64,000 nucleotides of DNA from Haliotis cracherodii. Its lineage: Eukaryota. The translations under genes were made by a program, and so were the position numbers. Position 1 is the first letter of the stretch, and each line of letters starts with the position of its first letter. Of this stretch, positions 12,907-27,200 are shown piece after piece. The DNA lies in contig NW_027266297.1 of assembly GCF_022045235.1 (NCBI RefSeq), positions 73,160,001-73,224,000 of the forward strand. The letters run 5' to 3'. Under the pieces are notes generated by a model. It was given only the letters and a program-made list of their open reading frames with translations, was not told the origin of the DNA and ran no database searches.

Positions 12907-13666
12907 CTTGAAGTTGTGGTCGACTCACTTATTCACAAATACCTGGAAAGATAAAGAAAATAAACACTTAATTTTCAAATAACATACGACCAAGTCTGCC
13001 TTAAGTTCACCAGATTCAGCATATCTTTATGGCAGAAACTTACATCAGTGAAGGTAGAGAAATGGCTGAAAGAGGACAACTACTCCCCCATCATCAATCG
13101 CGACTACAAAGTGTTTTACATATATACTGAAATCCTTAATGTCCCCTTGAAACGCCTTATAAGTGCACAACACCCCACAGGCATATAAACAACAATGGCA
13201 AATGTTGACATACGTTCGAGTCACCTCAACATGCACATCCACAAGCACAAGATCAACAGACTCCGAGAAAATGCACAACTGCAGGTAGCTTCACCTGCTT
13301 TCAGTTGGTCGTAGTCATGACCAAGCAGCAATTGTCTGATCTTGACTCCCTCGGCTGCGTCCTCTGATAACCTGTACAATCATGCATCTGTGTGTGTCAC
13401 TACAACGGGCTCACGTGTATTGTCTTCCTGTTTGAGTCCATTCAGGGTAGGACTTCCCATACAATCATGACATCATGGCAACATTTTTAAAACTACATCA
13501 TCACGCCTCGTACAGGAGGGTGTAAGATAGTCTACTCATAAGTCAGGGCATCCGGGTGCAGTCCCGATGTGCAAAGGATAACCGACTTGTAGATTAACAA
13601 GTGCACATGCAGCTAGGAGGGTATCCATCCGTCTCTAGACATCTGACAAATAAATTAATTTGTCTC

Positions 13667-13929
13667 ACCCGTGAAGATCCGGGGTTGAATAGGTCTTCAG
13701 GAACCCGTGCATGCCGTAAAAGGCGACTATGCTTGTCGTATGAGGCGACTAACGGGATCGGGTGGTCAGGCTCGCTGACTTGGTTGATGCATGTCATTGA
13801 TCCCAATTACGTGGATCGATGCTCATGATATCAATCACTGGATTGTCTGGTCCAGACTCGATTATTTACAGACCGCCGTCATATAGCTGGAATATTGCTG
13901 AGTGCGGCGTTCAATAAGCAAACAAACAA
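13667..13929 (+). mobile_element. Family A retroposon, full length
   Basis: ACCCGTGAAGATCC head, duplicated hairpin, GCTGGAATATTGCTGAGTGCGGCGTT plus (CAAA)n tail. Confidence 0.92.
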
Positions 13930-16900
13930 GCGGTTACCTGTTCCCTATTATATTAAGGTATAACTATTAAATCCCACGGCAGGGATATAATAAAAACTAA
14001 CCTACATAAATTTGTTAAACAGACATTGAATAACAACATAAACATCCTGCTTTGGCTCGGTTTCAAGTTTTTCTGTCGTATACATCGTGAAACAGTGTGC
14101 TACTGTGATGTCATTACATTTGTAAGAATGGAATACAAGTTAGTTGGACGGTAGCCTATCAAAGAAGGAATACAAGTTGTTATTATGACCTCGGGAGAGG
14201 CGGACTATAGGAGAAACTGAAGTAGAGCGTGGCGAGGCTGCCACGGTAGACGTGGCTCCATAGTTCACTTGTCAAGCTTACAGCAAGGTTGTTTTATACA
14301 CACTGTTATAGTCACTTTACCTGCCAAACGGTGCTGACGCCAAGGACTAACACGGACCAACACATATATACTGAGCGCAGAAACACCAAGGGAATATACA
14401 CACCACACACTGCTGTGTTCAATATATACCCACCACACTGACAAACCCACTCAGGTTGTATTCAGTTATGTAACTAAATTATGTGGTATGAAACAAACTT
14501 TTCACATTCCTTTTGCCCCCTTTTTCAACAAAATATATACGTGATATTGTAATACACTGGATAACGGACATTGCATCAATATTAAGATACGACAGTATAA
14601 TGTTGTGATCATAATATTTTATTTAACGTGATCGCTGACATATAAAAGACGAAAAGGACAATACTAGTTTGTTACCGGGTAAACAGTCAACATTCACACG
14701 GTAACATTTTTAGAACAATTGGCTTGACTACGAAACTAAAGATGTCAACTGAACATGTTATGAATACACTGTGATCTTGTGACTAATATTGTACCTAGAC
14801 TGAGGTTTTGACAAAACGAAACACAGCAGTTCAAGTTACCTGGAATGAAAACGTTAGTCCCTCAGAGATACTGGTATCTCAGCCAAGTTGACATCCCACA
14901 GCACAATACATGTATATAACATTTAGCCATGTGTATTTCCTTTTCCATTGCGAAATAACACGACTTGAATTACTTACTCGAGCATCATATACGCTACTTC
15001 ATGACAATATGACTTAGGGTACCAAAACTGTTGTGAATCCCTACAACAACCGTAAGCCATACTGATTCATATCCTATTGACGTGCCAACTTGTTGTCCGA
15101 TAACATCAGTGAAAACACGTACCGTCTTTGTGTCGATATCAGCAGATATAGCCCATATCCCTGTGTTATTCACGCTATAGTCCCCTGGGGAGAAGTAACT
15201 GAGTATCCTGGGTGCGGCCAGATAACAACTGACGTGAACTACACGATGCTGGAATGTCAGAATTTAGCTGCTTTCTTATTTGTAGGGAATCACTGAACTG
15301 AGGCAAATTCGAGGCGGAATTTCCCAATACACTGCAGACTTTGAGTTTTATGGATCAACTCTTGATAATACAACAGTTTACGCTTTCGAGTCCGAGTCAT
15401 TAGAAATTCTTTTAAAGATCTATATAGTACAATGGCTTGTTACAATACTTGTGAATGATACAGTCAATACACAACTCAACAGAAGCTTCAATTGGTTTGC
15501 TTCATTACGCGGCCTCGTCCTGACATCCTGCAATTGTAGAATCTGATTATAAAATGAAGACGTTCCTATTTATTACTGAATAATAATTAAAAAACACATT
15601 TACTTTTCAAGCACTGTAAGTGTGTAAGACTAAACAATATATCAATCTTGAAGTGAGACTGGCTCAAATCCAGTCGAGGTCTAGATGGTGTCATTGGTAC
15701 CACGTATAGGGGTACTCTTTATTAGATCAATAGTAACATTTGATATAACTTGAATGATGTTCTAACGTCCTCCATAAAACTTTCTAATGTGCGTGAACCT
15801 AGACCCACACACCATTTTCACGGCAGTTGGCACAGTCCGATCTTGTACAGACATGGCAAGGTTTAAATAGATGTTTATAGTTTGTACTTACACGGTGACA
15901 ATGCAGTGCATTACGTCCTTTAGACAACCCAGAAATACATCAGGCAAACACACTATTGAAGACATTTTCAACCGTTGTGGACTCTAACCTCGTACAATTC
16001 ATACATGAATGGTGCATTACCCAACCCTGCCTGTATACTGTATAAACAAACATCTTGGCCATGTGGTTGCCATTGTGGGCGTGTCTAAAGTACATCAATA
16101 CTGACTAAAAAAATAAATATATTGAACATTTTGATAATTGAATGACACTGAAACAGAACATAAACATAGACGTAGATGAACAAGCTAACGTAGAACAGGT
16201 TAATACAATAGCATGAGGAATCACTCCAAGAACTTCAGTTTAGAAAAATGTCAACGCACCAGATCAAATGGTTGATCTTTCTAATGACGTCGTAATGTCT
16301 ATTTAAAGAATCGTTGTGTATTTCCCCATGGTTTTTAAGACATACTATTCAACACAAACTTAAAGTCTCAAATATTATCAGTCAATACCTTCACAATCTG
16401 TGTTCTCTATGACGTTGTATAAATACTAATATCTACATGGCAATGTCGTATTGCTAACCTACTGTCGCCGCGCGGTGACATGTTGAATGGTGAATGGTGA
16501 ATGCCTTTCACTGAAGATCATGTGCCTGGCCTAACTACCGGGAGACTAAGCGGTTCTGCAACAAAGAAGCTCTTTACCTCACTGGCTACCCGTCCACCCG
16601 CCACACCAGCAAACAGCCAGCATGGGATCCCTCACGAACAGGATTTTCATACAGAGCCATTGGTGGGGAAATATCAGCTATAAATAACCGGTATATATAC
16701 GGCGTGTCTTCCAGCGCGATGTCAGAAGGCTGCGGTTTGATGGCGGCGGCAACAGGCTGCATCTCGGGCCTCGGTGAATGAGCGGACGGCGCTCTTCACG
16801 GCGCATCATCGTAAAAGCGCTACGTATTGTGTATGTGTGATCACATGGCTGAATGTTATTAAGGTGTGGGAGTGGCTCAGATGGGCGTGGGGTGTACATG

Positions 16901-17589
16901 AAACAATATTTTGTAGGTGAATACATGACTGATTCTGAAGTGCGTCATCTTCACATGTTGTTGTGATCGCGTTCTACCAGCATCATGACGTGTATATACC
17001 TTTAAACCCCGAACAACAAAAATAATATCAAATACCACACAGGTTTCAATAGGTTGTGCATACAATTTGTGTGTTACACTCCTTTAAAGTTTAAATATCC
17101 CCAAACAAGTGCACAGCAGATCCAGAGATATCTTTACTACATTACGTAACCCCAGCCATTAATATGACTACATTATTTTAAAAACCTTCATGAATAAATG
17201 CATATGAACACACCCGATCGGCAATCTGTCTTTATATTACCTAATAAACCTATACGATATGCATATAACAAAAAGTCAATATATATACAACACTACAGTA
17301 GAGAGACATACATTCAAAGTCACAATCAATATGCAGTTGTGGGTTATTGAGGTGACGGCTTGACAAAAACGTCGTTAAGTCTTTCATACAGAAATCACAC
17401 AACATATTTTATAGGACTATTATTGGCTGTTCCTCGTTAGATACCGATCGGCTTAACTATCAATTAAGTTAACTTGCGCCACCAAACACATGGCTAAAAC
17501 GGTAGGCTGTGTACACTACCCCTCGGTTCTTCTTGTGCATACGAAAGTATAGAGAAATAAAGGATTACAGACGCATATTCCTATTGATG

Positions 17590-17743
17590 GTTTGTTGTTT
17601 TGTTTGTTTTGTTTTGTTTTGTTTAACGCCACACTCAGCAGTATTCCAGCTATATGACGGCGGTCTGTAAATAATCACGTCTGGGCCAGACAATTCAGTG
17701 ATTGATGTCATGAGCATCGATCCACGCAACTGTGATACGATGC
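17590..17743 (-). mobile_element. Family A retroposon, 3' half
   Basis: Reverse complement of the family A tail with (TTTG)n. Confidence 0.85.
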
Positions 17744-18199
17744 CTAAAGATAGTGGAGTAATACAATCATTAAGCAATTCCGATTAGCTTCTGTAATATG
17801 TACTTATGCATTAAACAGTTCATACACCTACTAAAAACAGATTTTCATTAAAGTAGGTTACTGTTAGTATATGAAAATATTTATCCTATGGTTCCCTCTT
17901 CTTATAAGTATACATCTACGTTCACTGTAAATCAACCTGTTTTGACCCCGTTTTGGGTCAGCTAAATAGCTTGAATCTAATAATACACAATGTCTTAAGA
18001 ACGTCTCATTTAACACTCATTTACTACAAGGAATCATTTACTTGTCTATCTGAAACTATATACTACTTTAAAGAAGTTAAGGAACACCCGATTCTTCTAT
18101 ATGACTATACTTGCGAAGCTCCGTCGAAGTATAGGCCTAAGATGCTAATGGCTGAAACAATGCCGGTGGGACGTTAAATTTTAACCCACTCACTAGAAC

Positions 18200-18429
18200 A
18201 CGTGCTTGACAAAGGCGGCGACTATGCTTGTCGTTAGAGGCGACTAATGGGATCTGGTGGTCAAGCTCGCTGATTTCTTTGATGCATGTCATGTTATCCC
18301 AATTGCATGGATCCAAGCTCAGGATGTCAGTCACTGGATTGTTTAGTCCCGACTCGATTATTTACAGACCACCGTCATATAGCTGGAATAGTTTTGAGAG
18401 CGGTGATAAACAACCACCAAAGTAACAAA
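18200..18429 (+). mobile_element. Family A retroposon, 5'-truncated
   Basis: GGCGACTATGCTTGTCGTTAGAGGCGACTAATGGGATC body to tail. Confidence 0.85.
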
Positions 18430-19132
18430 CTAGGTACCTATAGGATAGCATCGCAGATTAACTATAGTAATATGGAAGAATCGGGTTGTCTGAAACTTCT
18501 TCTGATGTCTGCACACAAGTTCAGAATCTATTAACCATTTGTTGTCTTTTTTTTCCAGTGTGAAATAAGGACCCCGCCGATCCAAGAAACGTACATAAAC
18601 ACGCAAGTTTCGTTTAGAGAACTTGGAAATGCACAACTGACAGAAGACATTATTACCTTAAATGTGGCTATTGTAAACACCTACAGCATGTACAGCATCC
18701 ATTGCACATTGATCCATCGTAAACCGTCACGTTTCATTGCGCCACGTGCTCTTCTTGCCATGTAATCTTACTGTGGCGTCTTGTAGTAAATTGCAGGTGT
18801 TATGCAGGTATACATTTGTGATGAAACATTCATGCCTCGGCTGTACGTCAATAGATTACAGCAGCTATTGTATCTCATATTGCAAGGGTCGAACGTGCGC
18901 AGGTTGTCGAGTGGAATGACTTTTTGACATTACAGAGGCAGATTGAGCGCAGTGGAACGAGGTGTACAGTTTCCCTGAAAGTTTATGAACATTTTATCTT
19001 CAGTATTTCATTACATTCAAATATATAACTAAACAATAGATTACCTTCTGTATTTGACGTTATAGTGGGCAATTAATGTTTGATAGAATAGGCGACCTTA
19101 CAAGGAAAAAGCCTGCCATGCCTAAAGTATTT

Positions 19133-19340
19133 ATGTTCGTTTGTTGTTTAACGCCACACTCAGCAATATTCCAGCTATATATGACGGCGGTCTGTAAATA
19201 ATCGAGTCTGGAGCAGACAATCCAGTGATTGACTTCAGGAGCATTGATCCACGCAAATGGGATACGATGACATGCATCAACCAAGTCAGCGAGCCTGACC
19301 ATCCAATCCCGTTAGTCGCCTCTCGCGACAAGCATAGTCG
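19133..19340 (-). mobile_element. Family A retroposon, 5'-truncated
   Basis: Reverse complement of family A body and tail. Confidence 0.88.
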
Positions 19341-21157
19341 CGTACTCCTCCAAGACCGTAATAACAATGCGTCAATAGAGAAACAATACAAGCATAAAGA
19401 CAGAAAGAAACAAATAAATCAACTGCATATAGAAATAAATAAATAAAATGCATATAGATATAAATAGAGTTATCACAATACAGAGTATGTTCCCGAGTTT
19501 ACATTTATAGAAGAATAGTCCCTTTAAGCAGCCACTCAAAAAGCCCGAGGGCCTAAAGGAATACCTTCAGTTCATTGCGTGTTCGCTCCAGGGATTAGTT
19601 TCGAGTGTGCATGTCGATTAACCTATCTCAGTGTCATTCTCTAGCCGGCGAGGAGAACTTTAGCCCAGACGCCATTGTGATAACAGTAGAGATTACTCAA
19701 TGTTCCTCCACGTTTTTTCCTTAATACGAAACAAAACAATTGACAAACATTAAACTGAGAAGCAGAGTCCGGCTTGTAATGACATACACCCCATGGGGGT
19801 TATCACGACTAACATCACGAAGTTGCATAATTATCACGAAGTGTATCACCTGTCACCGTGCACTTGAACATTATCGCAAACACCGGAGGCACATCGTTTC
19901 ATAATATTAGTTATGAGCCCGACATTATATCTTCTGTGTCATTCCGGAGAAGCCGTTATGTTCCCCTGCCAGGCTGTAGCCAATGGAGCATGACCTTTAT
20001 TATATCCCGTCAAGAATTCCTGGCCTAAGGCGTGCCTGTGTTGAGAATACAGTGATACGAACCCCACCCGGGCTACCGGGCTATAACATTGTTTATGTCA
20101 TGCCGTGAGATATAGCGATATACACCGGATAAGTACATGTCTACGTCAGTATATGCTTGTCTATAACACGCACCAGTTCTTTTGTAATATTAAGTCAGTA
20201 AGGACATTGCAGATACCATCAGGTGCCTCCTTCCTCTTTGTTTGGTACAATGTATCGGGTTACTGTAGTAGCTTATGGGAGCCTTGAGGTTTCTGGCTGC
20301 TACAACGCTTGTGCATGTGTGCCCGTGAATAAAACAGCTGTATCAATCGTGAATAGATGGAATTCCTAATGTTATTCTCGACCTGTGGATGATGTCCCTG
20401 TCACTGTAGAATAGAGGTGGTGGAGGTATGAGCCCGAACTGGCAACAACACGCTACACTGTCTGGAGGTTGTACTATAGCATGTTATATGTAAAGGTTAA
20501 ACCATTTCTCCTAGGCATTATTTGAGATTGTAAACTCTGAGGAGGCCTACGAGAAGTGGTTTGTCCTTATAAAACTTATAAAGCTACTCATCTCAGATAA
20601 TAAGAAAACATCGAGATACATTTTAGTGAAACAGTATAGTGTGTTGCCGTATAGACGGAATTCAATCAAAGCGTGAGAGAGAAAAAGCACGTGCAGCATG
20701 GACCAATTGGATTCATGACATATAAAATTGAACAACTTTTCATCACCTGCCCCGATGGCTCAGGGGGAAAACAGTGTGTTACAAAATTGAACACGAAATG
20801 TGAGGTTGCAGGTCGGATTCCCGTCATCTTTAATGAAAACTTTCATGATCTATCTTCGATTTTAGAACATTGGACGTTTGAAACACCATGTACAAATTTA
20901 TGAGTCTTTGTAACTCCTTGTACGTAGGAGGGTTTACAATCAATCATTGGGATTACAAAAAATGTGAGCCAGACTGCAAGGGATTACATTTAAACTAATG
21001 CACTCTAAGGGAGTTTTCAACCATTTAAAAGAACCCTCACGGAGTTACACAATTACGTGTGAGATTTATAAAATGAGCTGATGCAGCTGTGGGTATAACA
21101 GACAGCCGGTTACAACGCCATGTTAATCCTTACGACAAAGTAATAAACGTTTCAGAG

Positions 21158-21388
21158 GTCTAAGGCGTCGCAATTCACTGTGCAGAGTTGCGTTCCTTAG
21201 GCGTGTCAGAAACCTATGATCATTGGTTCGAATTCAGCTTCGCCCTGATTCTTTTTGGGTTTGTCAGCACCATACACGTGCACATGGGTATCACCAAAGT
21301 CGTAACCGTCTAAGACCTGCATCACTTCGAATTCGAACTTTCCTCTCCCATGACATCAATGAGATGATGCTCAAGGCGGCGTTAAGTG
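21158..21388 (+). mobile_element. Family C SINE (tRNA-Leu-like head)
   Basis: GTCTAAGGCG...TGTGCAGAGTTGCGT...GGTTCGAATTC, aligns with the copy at 27331. Confidence 0.8.
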
Positions 21389-21789
21389 AATAGAAAATGG
21401 GGATACAACGAACTGAAGGTTCAGAGAATCCCTTGGACAGTCTTGGTGGCAGGAATGGTTATAAACACTTGTGACGGGAGTTGGTTATTTACATAACCAA
21501 GGAAACAATATCTACTACGTTTTATCTCAATGTACATTTTATGTGTGGATATTTTTGTGTTATTCTACAAAGTCACATAATGATAGTCTTGCAATATCAG
21601 AGTGTTCTAACCGTACAATTTGTACGGATAATTCTATTATTCTTTGCTAAGTGATATCGTTATTATTTAATATTAATATTTAAGCATATTGTCTACAAAT
21701 ATATTCTTTATATTGCAATTAGATCTTAATTTAGAATTTGTGATCTATTTTCTTGTTACATATTTTGGTCCCTATGTAAAATCCTTAAA

Positions 21790-23900
21790 GCTACTGTTGG
21801 TGAGATCCCCACAACTACTGGTGATAAACCCTTACTCCGACTTCAATATACTTACAGCTACTGGTTGTAAAACATAGCTACTGGTGATAAACCCTTACTC
21901 CGACTTCAATATACTTACAGCTACTGGTGGTAAGACACAGCTACTGGTTGTAAAACATAGCTACTGGTGATAAACCCTTACTCCGACTTTGATATACTTA
22001 TAGCTACTGGTGGTAAAACACAGCTACTGGTGATAAACCCTTACTCCGCCTTCAATATACTTACAGCTACTGGTGGTAAAACACAGCTACTGGTGATAAA
22101 CCCTTACTCCGCCTTCAATATACTTACAACTACTGGTGGTAAGACACAGCTACTGGTGATAAACCCTTACTCCGACTTCAATATACTTACAGCTACTGGG
22201 GGTAAGACACAGCTACTGGTGATAAACCCTTACTCCGACTTCAATATACTTACAACTACTGGGGGTAAGACACAGCTACTGGTGATAAACCCTTACTCCG
22301 ACTTCAATATACTTACAGCTACTGGGGGTAAGACACAGCTACTGGTGATAAACCCTTACTCCGCCTTCAATATACTTATAGCTACTGGTGGTAAGACACA
22401 GCTACTGGTGATAAACCCTTACTCCGCCTTCAATATACTTACAGCTACTGGTGGTAAGACACAGCTACTGGTGATAATAACATACTCCGCCTTCAATATA
22501 CTTACAACTACTGGTGGTAAGACACAGCTACTGGTGATAATAACATACTCCGCCTTCAATATACTTACAACTACTGGTGGTAAGACACAGCTACTGGTGA
22601 TAAACCCTTACTCCGACTTCAATATACTTACAGCTACTGGTGGTAAGACACAGCTACTGGTGATAAACCCTTACTCCGCCTTCAATATACTTACAGCTAC
22701 TTGTGATAAGACACAGCTACTGGTGATAAACCCTTACTCCGCCTTCAATATACTTACAGCTACTTGTGATAAGACACAGCTACTGGTGATAAACCCTTAC
22801 TCCGCCTTCAATATACTTACAGCTACTGGTGGTAAGACACAGCTACTGGTGATAATAACATACTCCGCCTTCAATATACTTACAACTACTGGTGGTAAGA
22901 CACAGCTACTGGTGATAAACCCTTACTCCGACTTCAATATACTTACAGCTACTGGTGGTAAGACACAGCTACTGGTGATAAACCCTTACTCCGCCTTCAA
23001 TATACTTACAGCTACTTGTGATAAGACACAGCTACTGGTGATAAACCCTTACTCCGCCTTCAATATACTTACAGCTACTTGTGATAAGACACAGCTACTG
23101 GTGATAAACCCTTACTCCGCCTTCAATATACTTACAGCTACTGGTGGTAAGACACAGCTACTGGTGATAAACCCTTACTCCGCCTTCAATATACTTACAG
23201 CTACTGGTGGTAAGACACAGCTACTGGTGATAAACCCTTTCTCCGCCTTCAATATACTTACAACTACTGGGGGTAAGACACAGCTACTGGTGATAAACCC
23301 TTACTCCGACTTCAATATACTTACAGCTACTTGTGGTAAGACACAGCTACTGGTGATAAACCCTTACTCCGCCTTCAATATACTTATAGCTACTGGTGGT
23401 AAGACACAGCTACTGGTGATAAACCCTTACTCCGCCTTCAATATACTTACAGCTACTGGTGGTAAGACACAGCTACTGGTGATAAACCCTTACTCCGCCT
23501 TCAATATACTTATAGCTACTGGTGGTAAGACACAGCTACTGGTGATAAACCCTTACTCCGCCTTCAATATACTTATAGCTACTGGTGGTAAGACACAGCT
23601 ACTGGTGATAAACCCTTACTCCGACTTCAATATACTTACAGCTACTTGTGGTAAGACACAGCTACTGGTGATAAACCCTTACTCCGCCTTCAATATACTT
23701 ACAACTACTGGTGGTAAGACACAGCTACTGGTGATAAACCCTTACTCCGACTTCAATATACTTACAACTACTGGGGGTAAGACACAGCTACTGGTGATAA
23801 ACCCTTACTCCGACTTCAATATACTTACAACTACTGGGGGTAAGACACAGCTACTGTTTGTAAGATCCACACAACTGCTGTTGGTTAAACCCTCACTCCT
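21790..23900. repeat. Minisatellite, 63-bp unit, ~32 copies
   Basis: Unit CTACTGGTGATAAACCCTTACTCCG(C/A)CTTCAATATACTTACAGCTACTGGTGGTAAGACACAG; explains the 650-aa repeat ORF. Confidence 0.97.
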
Positions 23901-24565
23901 ACTGCAAGACAGCTATTGATAATGTTTGTCTGTTTGTTGTGTATCCCAGAATCTGCCACCACTCCGTCTCTTACAGCCACATACCTGTATTTACACTCAC
24001 TGTCGACACTCCCAGCCACTTCAAGCAGGCAGGTTCAAGCGATCCGCTGTCTACCGCGTTGTGTTCAAGGTGCAACGTTATCCTGACGCCAGATATACTT
24101 TAATTGCACCTTAAACAGCCTTGAGAACATTAAACTAGTTTAGGCGATTTTCTCTGTGACTTAGTGGAAGTAAAACATCACAGGCCACGTTAGAGCAGCT
24201 AGTCCGCTATGCATGAGAGACGCCGATCAATACCAACGCATTCGTTTGCCCGCTGATTGAACGACATTCAACAATCCTACATTACTGAACTATCCTTCGA
24301 TATTCCATCTAGACAGCGTGTTGACAGTATGTCGAGACGTCACCCACCTTGTCACAGTAGTTGTCGAAAGTCCACCATTCTTCCTCAACTGTGGGTAGTC
24401 CTGTTATTTCTTTAGCTGATATTGTCGTCTGCCTTACTCGTCGCGCAGTGTTCGGGATGTCTCGGAAAACCGTCCCTCGGGTAGCTCGGTTCCGTTCAGG
24501 CGAATGTTCAGTTGTTCCTGGCTCTGGTGGATTCTCTCTAACACTCATTTAGACATGCAGATGCG

Positions 24566-24885
24566 GTGACGTGAAAATGGGTCTAACGCCGCGTCCAAGA
24601 TTATTGTACATTTACTTACATAACGACGTGCATGCACGTGTGTGTTTGTGTGGCTGCTTGTACTAGTTCGGACTGATGCCGATTTATAGTGCTAGCCCAC
24701 TGACATGCCACAGTTTAACATGAATACCCCACCCAGACGCAGTCCAGTCCGTGTTTTAGCCCCTTCATGCCGAGTGGCAGACAGGGTAACAACAAGTATA
24801 ATCTTTTAACGTCTTTTTGTATGACGCGGCGGGGATCGAACCCAGGACCTTCTGCTCTCCGGGCGGACTCTCTACCACTAGACCA
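24566..24885 (-). mobile_element. Family D tRNA-derived SINE (V-domain-like)
   Basis: Reverse complement of the 30458 copy; GGTCTAGTGGTAGAG box A, GGTTCGATCCC box B, GTCATACAAAAAGACGTTAAAA body. Confidence 0.85.
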
Positions 24886-24887
24886 GA

Positions 24888-25158
24888 TGGTTGTTTGGTT
24901 GTTTTGTTGTTTAACGCCGCACTCAGCAATATTCCAGCTATATGACGGCGGTCTGTAAATAATCGAGTCTGTACCAGACAATCCAGTGATTGATATCACG
25001 AGCATCGATCCACGTAATTGGGATCGATGACCTGCATCAACCAAGGCAGCGTGCCTGACCACCCGATCCCGTTAGTCGCCTTTAACGACAAGCATAGTCG
25101 CCTTTTATGGTAAGCATGTGTTGCTGAAGACCTATTCTACCCCGGATCTTCACGGGTC
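24888..25158 (-). mobile_element. Family A retroposon, full length
   Basis: Minus strand starts GACCCGTGAAGATCCGGGGTAGAATAGG; its tail abuts the head of the family D copy. Confidence 0.92.
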
Positions 25159-25647
25159 CTGTCAGATGTACAGGGGTTTTGATAGTTTAAAGGACAAAGG
25201 GTTTAAATCTGCAAGTTGATGTGCAGTGTGAGTGAGCTTGTGAGGTGGGCGAGTGAGTGATCGCGTGAAATGGGTGAGTGAGTGAGTGAGTGGACGAGAG
25301 AACATGTGAGGTGAATGAGTGAGTGAGTGGATGTGTTGGTTAATTGGTTCTTAGGTTGTGAGATATAGACCAATGAGAAAAGCACTGACGTTCCAGGTTC
25401 GAATCCCACACTGGTAAATGTGTGAAGCCGTTACCGAGATGCCCGCCATGATGGATCATTGTTAAAAGCTACTCACTCACTCACCGACATGTTCAACCAT
25501 TGAACTATGTAGTATGTATCTCAAAGACCCTCCCTCTTAACATACGGTGCATTGGTAACCTGACTGGCACTCGGAGGGAGACATTTCTTTGCATTCAGGG
25601 GTAAAATTATATTTTCAATGATATTCTCCTGGGTGTCAGTATAAATA

Positions 25648-25915
25648 GACCGCGGTCGTGGTCTAATAGTATAGCGTCCTCCCGGAAAGCGAAAGCTCCG
25701 GGGTTCGGTCCCCGGACGTGACATCCCATAGACGTTTAAAGATGGTACTTGTTGTTACCCTGCCCGACGCTCGGCATTAAGGTTCTAAAACAACGACTGG
25801 TCGGCTTGGAGGTCAGTATTTTTTGTCCGAGTGGGGTATTTATGTTAAATTGTGGCATGGTATCTTAGTGGGATAGCACTATAAATCACCAGTAGTCCGG
25901 ATTAGTGCAAGCAGC

Positions 25916-25999
<84 letters not shown>

Positions 26000-26052
26000 G
26001 CTATATAAATGTAAAAATTAGGACGCGACGTTAAACCCCATTTCACCTCACC
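25648..26052 (+). mobile_element. Family D SINE with expanded (CA)n (25917-25996)
   Basis: GACCGCGGTCGTGGTCTAATAG...GGTTCGGTCCCCGG head and GGACGCGACGTTAAACCC tail; the short CA run of other copies is expanded to ~40 units. Confidence 0.88.
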
Positions 26053-26649
26053 CCCGGCAATACAAATAGCAAAACTTTAACTCGAAACATTCGCTCAAAC
26101 GCAACATATTTGTCAATTGAGGGTAAGTGAACCGGTTCTCTGGGTGTCAAGATGGCGCTGTGTGGCCCAGGTTTCTTTACAGAGCGTTACGTCAACTACA
26201 AAACCACCATGACTCGTGTCCCCGTCTCTGTCGGCGTATTGGGTGTGGTCAATGTAGGCGTTTGTGCTCCCCGCAACCCTTCCACTGTGATATAACATAC
26301 ATGTCGGGGATTGAATATTGGGTGGTGTTCATTCTCTAACTGTACTTGTCACTGGTATTTATTTCACAAGTAATGTTGTATACATGTTAGTAGTACGTGT
26401 TAAAGTGTGTGTCACTCAGGTACTCCTCTATCCACAGCCTCCTATTGTTAACACTGGAATATCCGTTAGTTTTCCTTACTTACTTACTGATATTGGAGAT
26501 TTTACGTGCGCTTTCCGACTGCAGCGTATTTCGCGTTTTCCTCTTACAATCACCGTATTATAGCCGACAGGCAGCGAGTCACAGGGGCATGGAGGCACGT
26601 GTCACTCGGTCGTCTACGGCGCCGGATATGTCCTTGCAGCATTGCGTCC

Positions 26650-26856
26650 TGGCTCTTGCGTGTCAGGTTTCTCTGATCCAAGGTTCGAGGCCCAGATTCA
26701 CCCTTTACTTGAATCCGTTGTCCGCCCACACGTGTAAACTGAAGTTGTAAACATCGGTGTCATGCATCGTCTCTATTTTTCCCTCCCACATCAAGCTGAC
26801 GCGCCGTGATGTAACTGGAATTTAAAGCGGCGTTAATACCAACTCACTCACTCACT
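26650..26856 (+). mobile_element. Family C SINE, degenerate 3' part
   Basis: CCTCCCACATCAAGCTGACGCGCCGTGATGTAACTGGAA...GCGGCGTTAA plus (ACTC)n. Confidence 0.7.
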
Positions 26857-26979
26857 AACGCACGTAATTCCGTATTCAGTTACAGACTATGATAAAATTC
26901 AAAACATCAGTAACGTTTATGGATATGAGTATGAAGGTTGGCAGTGTGGTATTAGAATATGCAAAAGGCATTTGTTAGA

Positions 26980-27200
26980 TTTTGTTTGTTTGTTTGTTTG
27001 TTTGTTGTGACACGCCGCACTCAGCAATATTCCAGCTATATGACGGCGGTCTGTAAATAATCGAATCTGGACCAGACAATCCAGAACATCGATCAACGCA
27101 ATTGGGATACGATGACATGCATCAACCAAGTCAGCGAGCCTGACCACCCGATCCCCTAAGCGCCTTTTACGTCAAGCATAATCGCCATTTACTGCAAACA
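26980..27200 (-). mobile_element. Family A retroposon, 5'-truncated
   Basis: Reverse complement of family A body and tail. Confidence 0.88.

Noticed and set aside
19776-20457. Possible solo LTR (TGTA...TACA with internal AATAAA)
   Set aside because: No target-site duplication, second copy, PBS or PPT could be identified
21967-23919. 650-aa ORF of 21-aa repeats
   Set aside because: It is the 63-bp minisatellite read in a stop-free frame, with a GTG start and no unique domain or splice context
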